From contig PLCJ01000003.1 in assembly GCA_003135635.1 (NCBI GenBank), positions 1 through 51,086 on the forward strand: a stretch of 51,086 bases of DNA, written 5' to 3'. The position numbers were made by a program, and so were the translations under genes. This DNA is from Candidatus Adlerbacteria bacterium (GTDB taxonomy: Bacteria > Patescibacteriota > Minisyncoccia > Phycocordibacterales > SBAW01). The notes beneath the pieces were generated by a model. It was not told the origin of the DNA and did no database searches. It worked only from the letters and a program-made list of their open reading frames with translations. Shown piece after piece: positions 9,100 through 18,313 of this stretch. Each line of letters starts with the position of its first letter. Position 1 is the first letter of the stretch.

Positions 9100-11958
9100 A
9101 TGGAAGGGTATGATCACCGGAAAATAGAAAAAAAATGGCAAGAAAAATGGGAGCACGAAAAAGCATTTCAAGCGAAGGACGATACCTCAAAAGAAAAAGA
9201 ATACGTATTAATTGAGTTCCCGTATCCCTCCGGCGATGGACTGCATGTGGGACATATACGCTCCTGGACTGCGCTTGATATCGTAGCCCGTAAAAGACGC
9301 CTTGAAGGAAAAAATGTTCTCTACCCCATAGGATGGGATGCGTTTGGCCTGCCGACGGAGAACTATGCCATTAAAACCGGAAAAGATCCCCGCGTCGTAA
9401 CTAAAGAAAATACAGATATTTTTCGCCGGCAAATAAAATCTCTCGGTCTTTCTTTTGATTGGTCGCGTGAGATCAATACCAGCGATCCCACATACTATAA
9501 ATGGACGCAGTGGATTTTTTTGCAGTTGTATAAGCATGGCCTGGCATACAAAGCAAAAACACTCATCAACTGGTGCCCGAAAGATAAGATCGGGCTTGCC
9601 AACGAAGAAGTGATCGACGGAGCCTGCGAGCGCTGTGGCACCTTAGTTCAAAAGCGGGAGAAAGAGCAGTGGATGCTTGCCATCACCAAATATGCCAAAC
9701 GGCTCTACGAGGATCTGGATAGCGTCAATTACATCGAGCAGGCAAAAATTCAGCAAAGAAATTGGATCGGCCCGAGCGAAGGAGCACAAATTGCCTTTCC
9801 TGTTTTGGGAAGCGATAAAAAAATAGAAGTGTTCACCACTCGCCCCGATACCCTCTATGGCGCCACGTATGTGGTCTTGGCTCCTGAGCATCCCCTCGTG
9901 CTGGAGCTTGCACCACTGACAAAAAATAAGGGGGCAATAGAGACGTATGTCAAAGCGACCCGACAAACTTCCGAAATTGAGCGCACGGCAGAAGCAAGAG
10001 AAAAAACTGGCATCCTCATGGAGGGGATATGTGCGATAAACCCCGGGACGAAAGAAGCAGTTGCTATTTTTGTTGCTGACTATGTGCTGGGGAGCTACGC
10101 TACCGGCGCCATTATGGGCGTACCCCATCACGATGAGCGTGATTTTGAGTTTGCCAAGAGCAAGGGGCTTCCCATAAAAGAAGTTATAGAAGCACTTGTG
10201 GTGCGCGAGCAGGGTGAAGACGCGGTAAAAAAAGATATGCCCTTCACTGAGCGCCGCGCAGTGGTTGCGGTTATCAAGCATCCTTCAAAGGATAAATATC
10301 TCGGCGTGCGCTGGAAGCGCACCGGCTGGCAGGGGTTTGTTATTGGAGGGATTGAGGAAGGGGAAGAAGCACAAGAAGCCGCAAAGCGGGAAGTCAGGGA
10401 AGAGACGGGATATAAAAATATACGCGCTGTGGGAATACTCGGCGGCCCCATACACGCACAGTTCTACCAGACACTCAAAGCCGAGAATCGGTTTGCACAT
10501 TTTCAATTGGTACTCGTGGAGCTGGGCGACGAAGAGAAAACCGAAATAGCACCAGAGGAAAAAGTGTTACATGAATTTCTTTGGCTCAGCCCAGAGAAAA
10601 TGACGGCGTTCATTACGCACCGGGATATGCAAATTCTTTGGGATAGGGTTATCGGAAAGATCTGCTACAGCGGCACGGGAATACTCGTCAATTCAGGACA
10701 ATTTAGCGGCCTGCAAAGCGAAGAAGCAAAGAAAAAAATTACTGAGTTTGTGGGAGGTGTGTGGCTCACCGTCTTTAAACTGCGCGACTGGGTATTCTCT
10801 CGCCAGCGGTATTGGGGCGAGCCCATCCCTATGATCTTGTGCAAAAAATGCGGCTGGGTTCCGGTTCCCGAGGATGAGCTTCCCGTAATCTTGCCTGAAG
10901 TTACTCACTATCAGCCGACCGATACCGGAGAATCACCGCTTGCAACTATTTCACATTGGATACACACCACCTGTCCATCGTGCGGTGGAGAGGCTACCCG
11001 CGAGAGCGATGTGATGCCCAATTGGGCGGGCTCCTCGTGGTACTACTTGCGCTATTGCGATCCCAAAAATACCAAAGAATTTGCTTCGCCGGAGCACTTG
11101 AAATACTGGACGCCCGTTGATTGGTACAACGGAGGCATGGAACACACGACCCTCCACCTTTTATACTCGAGGTTCTGGCATAAATTTCTCTATGACCTCG
11201 CACTGGTACCAACCAGCGAACCGTACGCCAAGCGCACCTCCCATGGGCTCATTCTTGCCAAAGGAGGAGAGAAGATGTCAAAGTCAAAAGGGAATGTCAT
11301 CAATCCAGACGGCCTTATTGAACGCTTCGGCGCGGATTCGCTTCGGTTGTATGAAATGTTTATCGGGCCATTTGATCAACCGGTTATATGGAGCGACACA
11401 AATATTATTGGAACGAGACGTTTTGTAGAGCGAGCTTGGAGATTGATTTCTACCTTCACACAGCACCAAAAAACGGTGATGTCCCCTGAGGCAGTGCGCA
11501 TGATGAGTCACTCAATAGCAAAGATTTCTTCAGATATTGAATCGCTGAAAATGAACACGGCTGTCAGCCAATTGATGATTCTTCTTAATCATCTTGAGAG
11601 CACCACTCCAACAATGCAGGCCCTAGAGACGTTCCTGCGGCTCCTTTCTCCCTTTGCCCCCCATGTAGCAGGGGAGCTTTGGGAGAAAATGGGTACTACC
11701 ACTGCGATGGAAAAAGCAGGTTGGCCTACCACCCCCAAAGAGAGCGCCACAGAGCTTGAGGTAGCTTTAGTGGCGCTCCAAATAAATGGAAAAGTACGCG
11801 CTACGATAGAGCTTCCACTGAAAGCCTCCGAAAGAGAAGCCCTAGAAAAAGCCCGTCTGCACCCCGCCATCTCCCCAAGGCTCGCCCGGGGCAAAGAGGT
11901 GCGCGCGGTATACGTCCCTGGACGAGTCATTAATTTTGTTGTCTCCGACGTGGCTTGA
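9100..11958 (+). CDS. leuS: Leucine--tRNA ligase with a NUDIX domain inserted in CP1
   Basis: PYPSGDGLHVGH (HIGH), GWDAFGLP, TTRPDT, LRDWVFSRQRYWG, GGMEHTTLHL and KMSKSKGN; the NUDIX box lies at 10345-10413. Confidence 0.97.
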   Translation: MEGYDHRKIEKKWQEKWEHEKAFQAKDDTSKEKEYVLIEFPYPSGDGLHVGHIRSWTALDIVARKRRLEGKNVLYPIGWDAFGLPTENYAIKTGKDPRVVTKENTDIFRRQIKSLGLSFDWSREINTSDPTYYKWTQWIFLQLYKHGLAYKAKTLINWCPKDKIGLANEEVIDGACERCGTLVQKREKEQWMLAITKYAKRLYEDLDSVNYIEQAKIQQRNWIGPSEGAQIAFPVLGSDKKIEVFTTRPDTLYGATYVVLAPEHPLVLELAPLTKNKGAIETYVKATRQTSEIERTAEAREKTGILMEGICAINPGTKEAVAIFVADYVLGSYATGAIMGVPHHDERDFEFAKSKGLPIKEVIEALVVREQGEDAVKKDMPFTERRAVVAVIKHPSKDKYLGVRWKRTGWQGFVIGGIEEGEEAQEAAKREVREETGYKNIRAVGILGGPIHAQFYQTLKAENRFAHFQLVLVELGDEEKTEIAPEEKVLHEFLWLSPEKMTAFITHRDMQILWDRVIGKICYSGTGILVNSGQFSGLQSEEAKKKITEFVGGVWLTVFKLRDWVFSRQRYWGEPIPMILCKKCGWVPVPEDELPVILPEVTHYQPTDTGESPLATISHWIHTTCPSCGGEATRESDVMPNWAGSSWYYLRYCDPKNTKEFASPEHLKYWTPVDWYNGGMEHTTLHLLYSRFWHKFLYDLALVPTSEPYAKRTSHGLILAKGGEKMSKSKGNVINPDGLIERFGADSLRLYEMFIGPFDQPVIWSDTNIIGTRRFVERAWRLISTFTQHQKTVMSPEAVRMMSHSIAKISSDIESLKMNTAVSQLMILLNHLESTTPTMQALETFLRLLSPFAPHVAGELWEKMGTTTAMEKAGWPTTPKESATELEVALVALQINGKVRATIELPLKASEREALEKARLHPAISPRLARGKEVRAVYVPGRVINFVVSDVA

Positions 11959-11997
11959 CCGAAAAAGCAAACTGTGATATGAATATTGTACAGTATT

Positions 11998-13041
11998 ATG
12001 GTAGTTAAAGCCGATAAAACAGGGTTTAAGCCAAAAGTGATCGTGAAGCGACTCCTCTCGAGTCTTTCGGAGCGTTCGCGCTCTGTACTTGAGGCTCGCT
12101 TTGGGCTTGGCTCCAACCTTAACCGCACCACCCTTGAGGCGATAGGCAAACGCTACGGCATTACAAGGGAACGTGTTCGCCAGATTGAAAATCACGCTCT
12201 GATATCTCTCAAGAAATCTTCAGCATACAGTGACGCCCACGCAGCATTTGGTGAACTCGAGCGGATCATTACATCTCTCGGGGGAATCATCTGCGAAGAT
12301 GATTTGCTCAACTTTATTACGCAAGACGAGAGCATGCAGAACCATATTTATTTTCTCCTGGTTCTCGGCGATCCATTTAAATACCGCAAAGAAGACGATG
12401 AGATTAATCGCTGTTGGTACGTTGACCCAGAATTGGCCGACAAGGTCAAATCGGCACTCAAGCGCCTCTACGGAGGACTTTCAGATCAGGATTTAATACC
12501 AGAGGGAGAAATGATCAATCGTTTTCTGCGGGAACTTGAAGATATCAACGAAAAATACCTCACCGGAGAAGTGCTCAAACGCTGGCTTTCCGTTTCTAAA
12601 CAAATCGGTAAAAATCCGCTCGGCGAATGGGGCCGTGCCAGTTCGCCCAATGTCAAAACCAAAGGAGTGCGTGATTTTGCGTACTTGGCGGTAAAAAAAC
12701 ATGGCAACCCGCTTCATTTTCGTGAAGTAGCAGAGATGATAGAAAAAATATTTCACCGTGCAGCCCACGTCGCCACTACTCACAACGAACTTATCAAAGA
12801 TGAACGCTTCGTGTTGGTAGGCAGGGGCATGTACGCGCTTAAAGAATGGGGATACACGCAAGGCGTGGTGCGCGATGTCATTCGCAACGTACTGCGCAAA
12901 AGTGGACCCATGAGCAAAGAGCAGATCATTGAGAAAGTTCTAAAGGAGCGTCATGTGAAGCCCGGCACCATCGCCGTGAATCTCCAAAATCAGAAATATT
13001 TCAAAAGAAACAAGGAAGGACTTTTTGTGCTTATACGGTAA
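11998..13041 (+). CDS. DNA-binding protein with an N-terminal sigma-70 region 4-like HTH and C-terminal HARE-HTH/RpoE(delta)-like winged helices
   Basis: RSRSVLEARFGL..TLEAIGKRYGITRERVRQIE is a sigma4 HTH; HGNPLHFREVAEMI..THNELIKDERFVLVGRGMYALKEWG is HARE-HTH-like. No sigma region 2 is seen. The start may be 11986 (TTG) or 11998 (ATG). Confidence 0.8.
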   Translation: MVVKADKTGFKPKVIVKRLLSSLSERSRSVLEARFGLGSNLNRTTLEAIGKRYGITRERVRQIENHALISLKKSSAYSDAHAAFGELERIITSLGGIICEDDLLNFITQDESMQNHIYFLLVLGDPFKYRKEDDEINRCWYVDPELADKVKSALKRLYGGLSDQDLIPEGEMINRFLRELEDINEKYLTGEVLKRWLSVSKQIGKNPLGEWGRASSPNVKTKGVRDFAYLAVKKHGNPLHFREVAEMIEKIFHRAAHVATTHNELIKDERFVLVGRGMYALKEWGYTQGVVRDVIRNVLRKSGPMSKEQIIEKVLKERHVKPGTIAVNLQNQKYFKRNKEGLFVLIR

Positions 13042-13273
13042 CGTGTGCGATAGAGCGGATTATTTCCCAAAGAATAAAAAAGAAGATTAACAGGATTATT
13101 CCCCAGAGTGCCAGAGTATTGCCCTGGGAGCGTTCTGTAGCATTTTGGCGGGCAAAAGCAAAGATAATACCTCCCCACACAACCATAATAATCAAAAGGG
13201 CAGCGATTACGGAGAATCCGGCCCCGATGTAGAAGAGGGGATTCGCAAAAAATTGGTTAAGCGATGCTCCCAT
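13031..13273 (-). CDS. Small 2-TM protein, TrbC/VirB2 pilin-like
   Basis: 80 aa with two hydrophobic helices separated by a short polar loop (ARQNATERSQG). It has its own -10 box on the minus strand. Confidence 0.55.
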   Translation of the reverse strand: MGASLNQFFANPLFYIGAGFSVIAALLIIMVVWGGIIFAFARQNATERSQGNTLALWGIILLIFFFILWEIIRSIAHVTV

Positions 13274-13295
13274 GTATGCGTTATACTAGCACAGT
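13274..13295. promoter_or_regulatory. Overlapping divergent -10 elements (bidirectional promoter)
   Basis: Plus strand: TATACT 13282-13287, 8 nt before ATG 13296. Minus strand: TGcTAGTAT (hexamer at 13283-13288), 9 nt before ATG 13273. Confidence 0.6.
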
Positions 13296-14669
13296 ATGGC
13301 GTCGTTTCTCTCCTATGAGGGGGCCAAAAAATGGTCAGAGGAATTGGAAGAGCAAGATTTGCAAAGTGTCTTTTTGGCACCTGTCATCCTTTGCATTTTG
13401 TCTGTCATCGCTTTTTTTATTGATCCTTTGGTACTTCCAAGTGTTTTTTCAGCCCTGGCTGCGCTCATGCCCCTCTGGCTTCCGATATATTTAGCAAGAA
13501 TACTTTTTATTTCTCTGGTTGATTATAATCGGTTTATTTTTTGGTTTTCGCAGCAATATATTCTCCTTGAAATTACGCTTCCCCCGGAAATTGAAAAATC
13601 ACAATCTGCCATGGAAGTTTTTCTGACAGCCATGTGGAACATCGGTGGAGAAACGACATGGCTTGATCGAATTTTCTTTGGCAAGTTTCGTGCCATATGG
13701 ACACTTGAAATCGCAAGTAACGAAGGACGCCTCTCCTATCACATCTATTTGTTGCGTGTGTGGAAAAACACCATTGAGGCACGTCTCTATGGCCAGTTTC
13801 CCGAGGCGCATATAGAAGAAGTGGATGATTATGTCGATAAGGTGCCCTTCACCCTTGAGGAGTATGACATTTTCGGCATGGAGTATGACAAGCCAGAACC
13901 TCAAGCGCTTCCGATTAAAACCTACATCACGTACGAACTTGACAAAAATACTGATGCTCCTGAAACGCGCGTCGATCCGCTGACGCATGTGCTGGAACTC
14001 TTTGGAAGCGTTGGCAAAGATGAGTACCTGTGGCTTCAAATTATTATGCGTGCGCGAAAAAATACCGACGAGTGGCATGGTTTGTACAAAAAGAATACGG
14101 ACTCCTACCGAGGCCCGGCTGCTCAGGAGACGAAAAGCGTTACAGAAAAGACCATAATGCGCTCTAAAGAACTTGATGAAAAATTGAAGCTTACCTACTC
14201 ACCGTTTCCCCAGGCCACGGAAGCAGAAAAGCGGCGCGTGGATAACATTCAACGCTCGCTCAGCAAGCTTACCTTTGAATGCGGCATCCGCAGCGTGTAT
14301 CTTGCAAAAAAAGATCGCTTCAGTGGTGTCAATATTAGCGCTCTGGTGAATATCTTTACCCCACTTCGGGGGACGGACACCAGCGTAGATTATAACTCTC
14401 TCAATATTGCCTATAAGCGCGGTCTTCTGCGATTTAATTATCCGTGGCAGGATTTTATGGATATTCTTCACAATATCGACAAAAGAAATGTGTGGCACTG
14501 GTATAAACATCGCTCCTATTTCTATGTTCCGTATAATCAAACTCCCATTTTTCTAAGCACCGAGGAATTGGCAACGCTCTGGCACTTTCCGAATTCCGCA
14601 GTCCAAACGCCCGGTCTCCGGAGGGTCCCGTCTCGAACGGTTGAAGCACCGCCAAACCTTCCGACATAA
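13296..14669 (+). CDS. Conserved hypothetical membrane-anchored protein
   Basis: 457 aa with N-terminal TM helices, LLEITLPPEIEKS..AMEVF, IEARLYGQFPEAHIEEV and LSTEELATLWHFP motifs. These recall CPR proteins found near VirB4/VirD4-like ATPases (recollection, unverified). Confidence 0.7.
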   Translation: MASFLSYEGAKKWSEELEEQDLQSVFLAPVILCILSVIAFFIDPLVLPSVFSALAALMPLWLPIYLARILFISLVDYNRFIFWFSQQYILLEITLPPEIEKSQSAMEVFLTAMWNIGGETTWLDRIFFGKFRAIWTLEIASNEGRLSYHIYLLRVWKNTIEARLYGQFPEAHIEEVDDYVDKVPFTLEEYDIFGMEYDKPEPQALPIKTYITYELDKNTDAPETRVDPLTHVLELFGSVGKDEYLWLQIIMRARKNTDEWHGLYKKNTDSYRGPAAQETKSVTEKTIMRSKELDEKLKLTYSPFPQATEAEKRRVDNIQRSLSKLTFECGIRSVYLAKKDRFSGVNISALVNIFTPLRGTDTSVDYNSLNIAYKRGLLRFNYPWQDFMDILHNIDKRNVWHWYKHRSYFYVPYNQTPIFLSTEELATLWHFPNSAVQTPGLRRVPSRTVEAPPNLPT

Positions 14670-14672
14670 CGC

Positions 14673-15707
14673 ATGTTGGATACCGCTCCGCAACCTCCGC
14701 AAAAAAAACGCCCCCACCGTATTCTTCCGCAAGAGTACTGCGGGCCTTGGTGTTTGGAGTGCCAAGTGTATGAGCGAACCTTTCCAACAGCATTTTTATT
14801 CGGGGTGCTTATTTTTTTGCTCTATTACATAACGATTGGTGCCCCCATAGATTTCCCGAGCGCCTCTTTCGTTAAAATTTCTCCCGGAGAATCTGCGGGG
14901 CAGGTGGCAGGGGTCCTTACTCAGCGTCATATCATTCATGCGCCATATTTTTTTCTTGGAGCAACGAGGGTGTTTGGTAAAGGACAGGTGGTGCCTGGAG
15001 AATATTTCTTTTCGGGTCCAGAAACGGTACTCACGATTGCGCGCCGACTGTCTCGTGGAGATTACGAACTCATACCCGTACGGGTCACCATTCCTGAAGG
15101 AGTTGATTCCCGTCAGATGGGCGTCTTACTCACTAACAAGATTCCCGACTTCGATACCGCCGCATTCTTAGCCCTTGCAGGGCCGCAGGAAGGATATCTA
15201 TTTCCTGATACGTATTTTTTCTTGCCCGGCGAGAGCGCAACCAGCATCATTGAGACGATGGGAACAAATTTTGCGGACCAAACCATGCAGATCGCAACCA
15301 CCACCGCAAAATTTAATAAGCCCTTTGCCGACATAATAATCATGGCGTCGCTTTTGGAAAAAGAAGCACCCGATATCAAGGATCGACGCATCATCGCAGG
15401 CATACTCTGGCACCGCATAGCCATTGGCATGCCTCTTCAGGTTGATGCGGTGTTTCCGTATATTCTAGGGAAAAACACGTTTCAGCTTACGATACAAGAT
15501 TTAGCAGTCGCTTCTCCCTATAACACCTATATCCACGCCGGTTTGCCGCCAGGACCTATTGCAAATCCGGGCCTCAGTTCAATTCTTGCTGCAGCAACAC
15601 CTACCAAGAGCAATTATTTATTCTATCTCTCCGACTCGCAGGGTAATTTTCACTTTAGCGTCACCTATGCGCAACAGCTCGCCAATGAAAGAAAATATCT
15701 TCGCTAG
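14673..15707 (+). CDS. mltG: Endolytic transglycosylase MltG (YceG family)
   Basis: TM anchor, VTIPEG, EGYLFPDTYFF, MASLLEKEA, MPLQVDA, SPYNTY..GLPPGPIANPG. Confidence 0.93.
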   Translation: MLDTAPQPPQKKRPHRILPQEYCGPWCLECQVYERTFPTAFLFGVLIFLLYYITIGAPIDFPSASFVKISPGESAGQVAGVLTQRHIIHAPYFFLGATRVFGKGQVVPGEYFFSGPETVLTIARRLSRGDYELIPVRVTIPEGVDSRQMGVLLTNKIPDFDTAAFLALAGPQEGYLFPDTYFFLPGESATSIIETMGTNFADQTMQIATTTAKFNKPFADIIIMASLLEKEAPDIKDRRIIAGILWHRIAIGMPLQVDAVFPYILGKNTFQLTIQDLAVASPYNTYIHAGLPPGPIANPGLSSILAAATPTKSNYLFYLSDSQGNFHFSVTYAQQLANERKYLR

Positions 15708-15742
15708 TTGCCCCGTTGGGGTTGCTGCGCTACGCTCCAATA

Positions 15743-16825
15743 ATGTTTCTTAGGTCCAAAAAAAAGGAGCACGTCATGGTTGGTCTCTCTGGAGGCGTTG
15801 ATTCTGCCGTTGCAGCGGCACTTCTGCTGCGAGAGGGATACGATGTTACGGGAGTATTTGTCCGTATTGCCCTTCCGGGATACCCGTGTGCTGCGGGGGA
15901 GGATCGTTTGGAGGCACTGCGAGTTGCAGCGCATCTGAAGATTCCTTTTCTTGAACTCGATCTCTCCCGGGCGTATGAAAAAACTGTCTTTCAACCCACC
16001 ATAATTGAATTTTTCCGCGGGCGAACCCCAAATCCCGATGCACTGTGCAATCGCGAGATAAAATTTGGACTTCTCTACGACTTCGTTCGCTCCCATAACG
16101 CCACATACATCGCAACCGGGCACTACGTACAAACTGAAAAAAATGAAGGGAAAGTGGAGCTTCATAGGGGAGTAGATGCTCTCAAAGATCAAAGTTATTT
16201 TCTGTGGGGAGTGCCCGAGGAGGCCTTGGGGCAGAGTCTTTTCCCCGTTGGGGGATACCAGAAATCACGAGTTCGAGAACTTGCAAAGAAATTTAAGCTC
16301 CCCAACGCGCTGCGCAAAGACAGTCAGGGATTATGCTTTTTAGGCGATATTACTGTAGAGGACATGCTTGTGAAAGAAGGAACACTGAGCCCAGGGAACG
16401 TACTTGATGAAGAAGGTATGGTGATCGGTAAGCATCGGGGAGCGGCACTATATACATTGGGACAACGTCACGGATTTGAACTCGTGGCCCACTCACCCCA
16501 CAGCAAAGCACATTTTGTCGCTGGAAAAGATATGCTCCAAAATACTCTCACTGTCTCCGTAGAGAGAACCCCTATCCACTACAAAAAGACGAAGTTGCAT
16601 CTCAGCGAAGAAAATTGGATTGGTACAGTTTCGGAAGGTCCTTGCCAAGCGCGGTTTCGCTATCGCCAACCACTTATTGCTGCCCATCTTGAGCGCCAAG
16701 GAGGTAGCGCCGTAGTCACTTTGCAAGAACCTCACCGCGTGCCTGAGGGGCAGTCGGTGGTTTTATATAGAGAAACTCGGTGTCTCGGTGGAGGCATTGT
16801 TGATAACGCGCTTCTGCAGCAATAG
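15743..16825 (+). CDS. mnmA: tRNA-specific 2-thiouridylase MnmA
   Basis: GLSGGVDSAVAA, TPNPDALCNREIKFG, IATGHY, KDQSYFL, KDSQGLCF. The start is reassigned to ATG 15743. Confidence 0.96.
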   Translation: MFLRSKKKEHVMVGLSGGVDSAVAAALLLREGYDVTGVFVRIALPGYPCAAGEDRLEALRVAAHLKIPFLELDLSRAYEKTVFQPTIIEFFRGRTPNPDALCNREIKFGLLYDFVRSHNATYIATGHYVQTEKNEGKVELHRGVDALKDQSYFLWGVPEEALGQSLFPVGGYQKSRVRELAKKFKLPNALRKDSQGLCFLGDITVEDMLVKEGTLSPGNVLDEEGMVIGKHRGAALYTLGQRHGFELVAHSPHSKAHFVAGKDMLQNTLTVSVERTPIHYKKTKLHLSEENWIGTVSEGPCQARFRYRQPLIAAHLERQGGSAVVTLQEPHRVPEGQSVVLYRETRCLGGGIVDNALLQQ

Positions 16826-16853
16826 GGCCGGGGAGCGTATACTGAAAAGTACT

Positions 16854-17684
16854 ATGTCAGCACGCATCACTAAGGCCGATGGCACTACTGAGCTGTTTCA
16901 GCCAGAAAAACTCCGCAGTTCTCTGGAGCGCGCGGGCGCAACTCCTGGGCGAGCAGGAGAGATCACCAAAGACATGGAAAAGGAGATCTACGACGGCATC
17001 ACGACGAATGAAATATATCGCCATGCGTTCGCTTCGCTTAAAGAGGAGCACCATGCCGCAGCGGCCAGGTATTCACTCAAGCGCGCGATACTTGATTTTG
17101 GTCCATCCGGATTTCCTTTTGAGGCATATCTTGCTGAGCTCTTTCGGGCCGAAGGGTATAGTGCGAAAATAGATCAAATTATTCCCGGTCGTTGTGTTGA
17201 TCACGAGGTGGATGTCGTTATGATCCGCGAAAACAAAACTACCTATGTGGAAGCAAAATTCCACAATACCGCTGCTCTCAAGAGTGACCTCAAAACGGTA
17301 CTGTATGTACAAGCGCGCCTTGAAGATATTGCTGCACACAAGGGAAATCCCGAGCATATGAACGGGCTCATCGCCACAAATACAAAATTTACTAGTAAAG
17401 CCGTGCAGTACGGAGTGTGCGCAGGGATAGAACTCCTGAGCTGGGAATATCCCCTCAACCATACGCTCCACGATCGTATTGATAGAGCAAAGGTCTATCC
17501 CATTACGGCGCTTACCACACTTTCCAGAGATGAAAAAATATCTTTATTAAATGAAAAAATAGTTTTATGCACCGGACTGCCTTTACAAAGTGAAGCGCTT
17601 CAGCGAAGCGGGGTTCACGGCAAGCGCGCAGATGCCATTTTTAAGGAAGCGGCCGAGTTGTGCGTTTTAGGGAAGGATATATGA
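16854..17684 (+). CDS. ATP-cone domain fused to an Mrr-like PD-(D/E)xK restriction-endonuclease domain
   Basis: ITKADGTTELFQPEKLRSSL matches the ATP-cone N-terminus; FEAYLAELFRAEGY..HEVDVV..YVEAKFH gives the nuclease E..D..ExK. Start set at ATG 16854. Confidence 0.8.
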   Translation: MSARITKADGTTELFQPEKLRSSLERAGATPGRAGEITKDMEKEIYDGITTNEIYRHAFASLKEEHHAAAARYSLKRAILDFGPSGFPFEAYLAELFRAEGYSAKIDQIIPGRCVDHEVDVVMIRENKTTYVEAKFHNTAALKSDLKTVLYVQARLEDIAAHKGNPEHMNGLIATNTKFTSKAVQYGVCAGIELLSWEYPLNHTLHDRIDRAKVYPITALTTLSRDEKISLLNEKIVLCTGLPLQSEALQRSGVHGKRADAIFKEAAELCVLGKDI

Positions 17685-17731
17685 TACTGCTAGGAGTTCT
17701 CTAATTTTTAATCGTTATTTTAAGAGAACAT

Positions 17732-18310
17732 ATGTCAAATGAACAACCGAGGAACAACTTTTCAGTAAATAATTCAAATACCACTCCTCCCGTCGACACA
17801 TCAACGCTGAGGCTTATCAGTGCGTTTGTCGCGGGTGTTGTTTTATCCGGTCTTGTCATATGGGGAGTGGTGGCACTTCGAACGACCCACGGGCCAAGTA
17901 CACCCTCTTCAACAACCACAACTGCTACAACATCGCAACAACAAAGCGGCTCCGCGCTTGGAAGTTCTTTGGTACTTATAAACAATCAAGGACAAGCAGC
18001 GGTGCTCCTCCAAGGATCCCTGAGCGTAGCAGCACAGCCTGCGGGTACGAAAGTCGTAGTCGGCGGTATAGCAGTTTCTACTTCTACCTGGATTGTTGTA
18101 TATGACGATACCGCAAGCAAGCCGGGCAGGGTACTTGGAGCCATAAAGGCGTACCCAGGAGAGAGTTCCGTGACCGTGCCGCTCCTGCGGGCAACCGTAG
18201 CGGGAAGCACGTATCTGGTTGGCGAATCTACTCAAAATACAGGGAGCCATGGATACTCCAGCAAAACGACTCAGCAACTTAGTGTCTGGACCACATTCAC
18301 TGCAAAATAA
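17732..18310 (+). CDS. Single-pass membrane protein with Ser/Thr-rich linker and Ig-like extracellular domain, hypothetical
   Basis: One TM helix (LISAFVAGVVLSGLVIWGVV), an S/T/Q low-complexity linker and a beta-rich C-terminal domain. Confidence 0.7.
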   Translation: MSNEQPRNNFSVNNSNTTPPVDTSTLRLISAFVAGVVLSGLVIWGVVALRTTHGPSTPSSTTTTATTSQQQSGSALGSSLVLINNQGQAAVLLQGSLSVAAQPAGTKVVVGGIAVSTSTWIVVYDDTASKPGRVLGAIKAYPGESSVTVPLLRATVAGSTYLVGESTQNTGSHGYSSKTTQQLSVWTTFTAK

Positions 18311-18313
18311 AAC

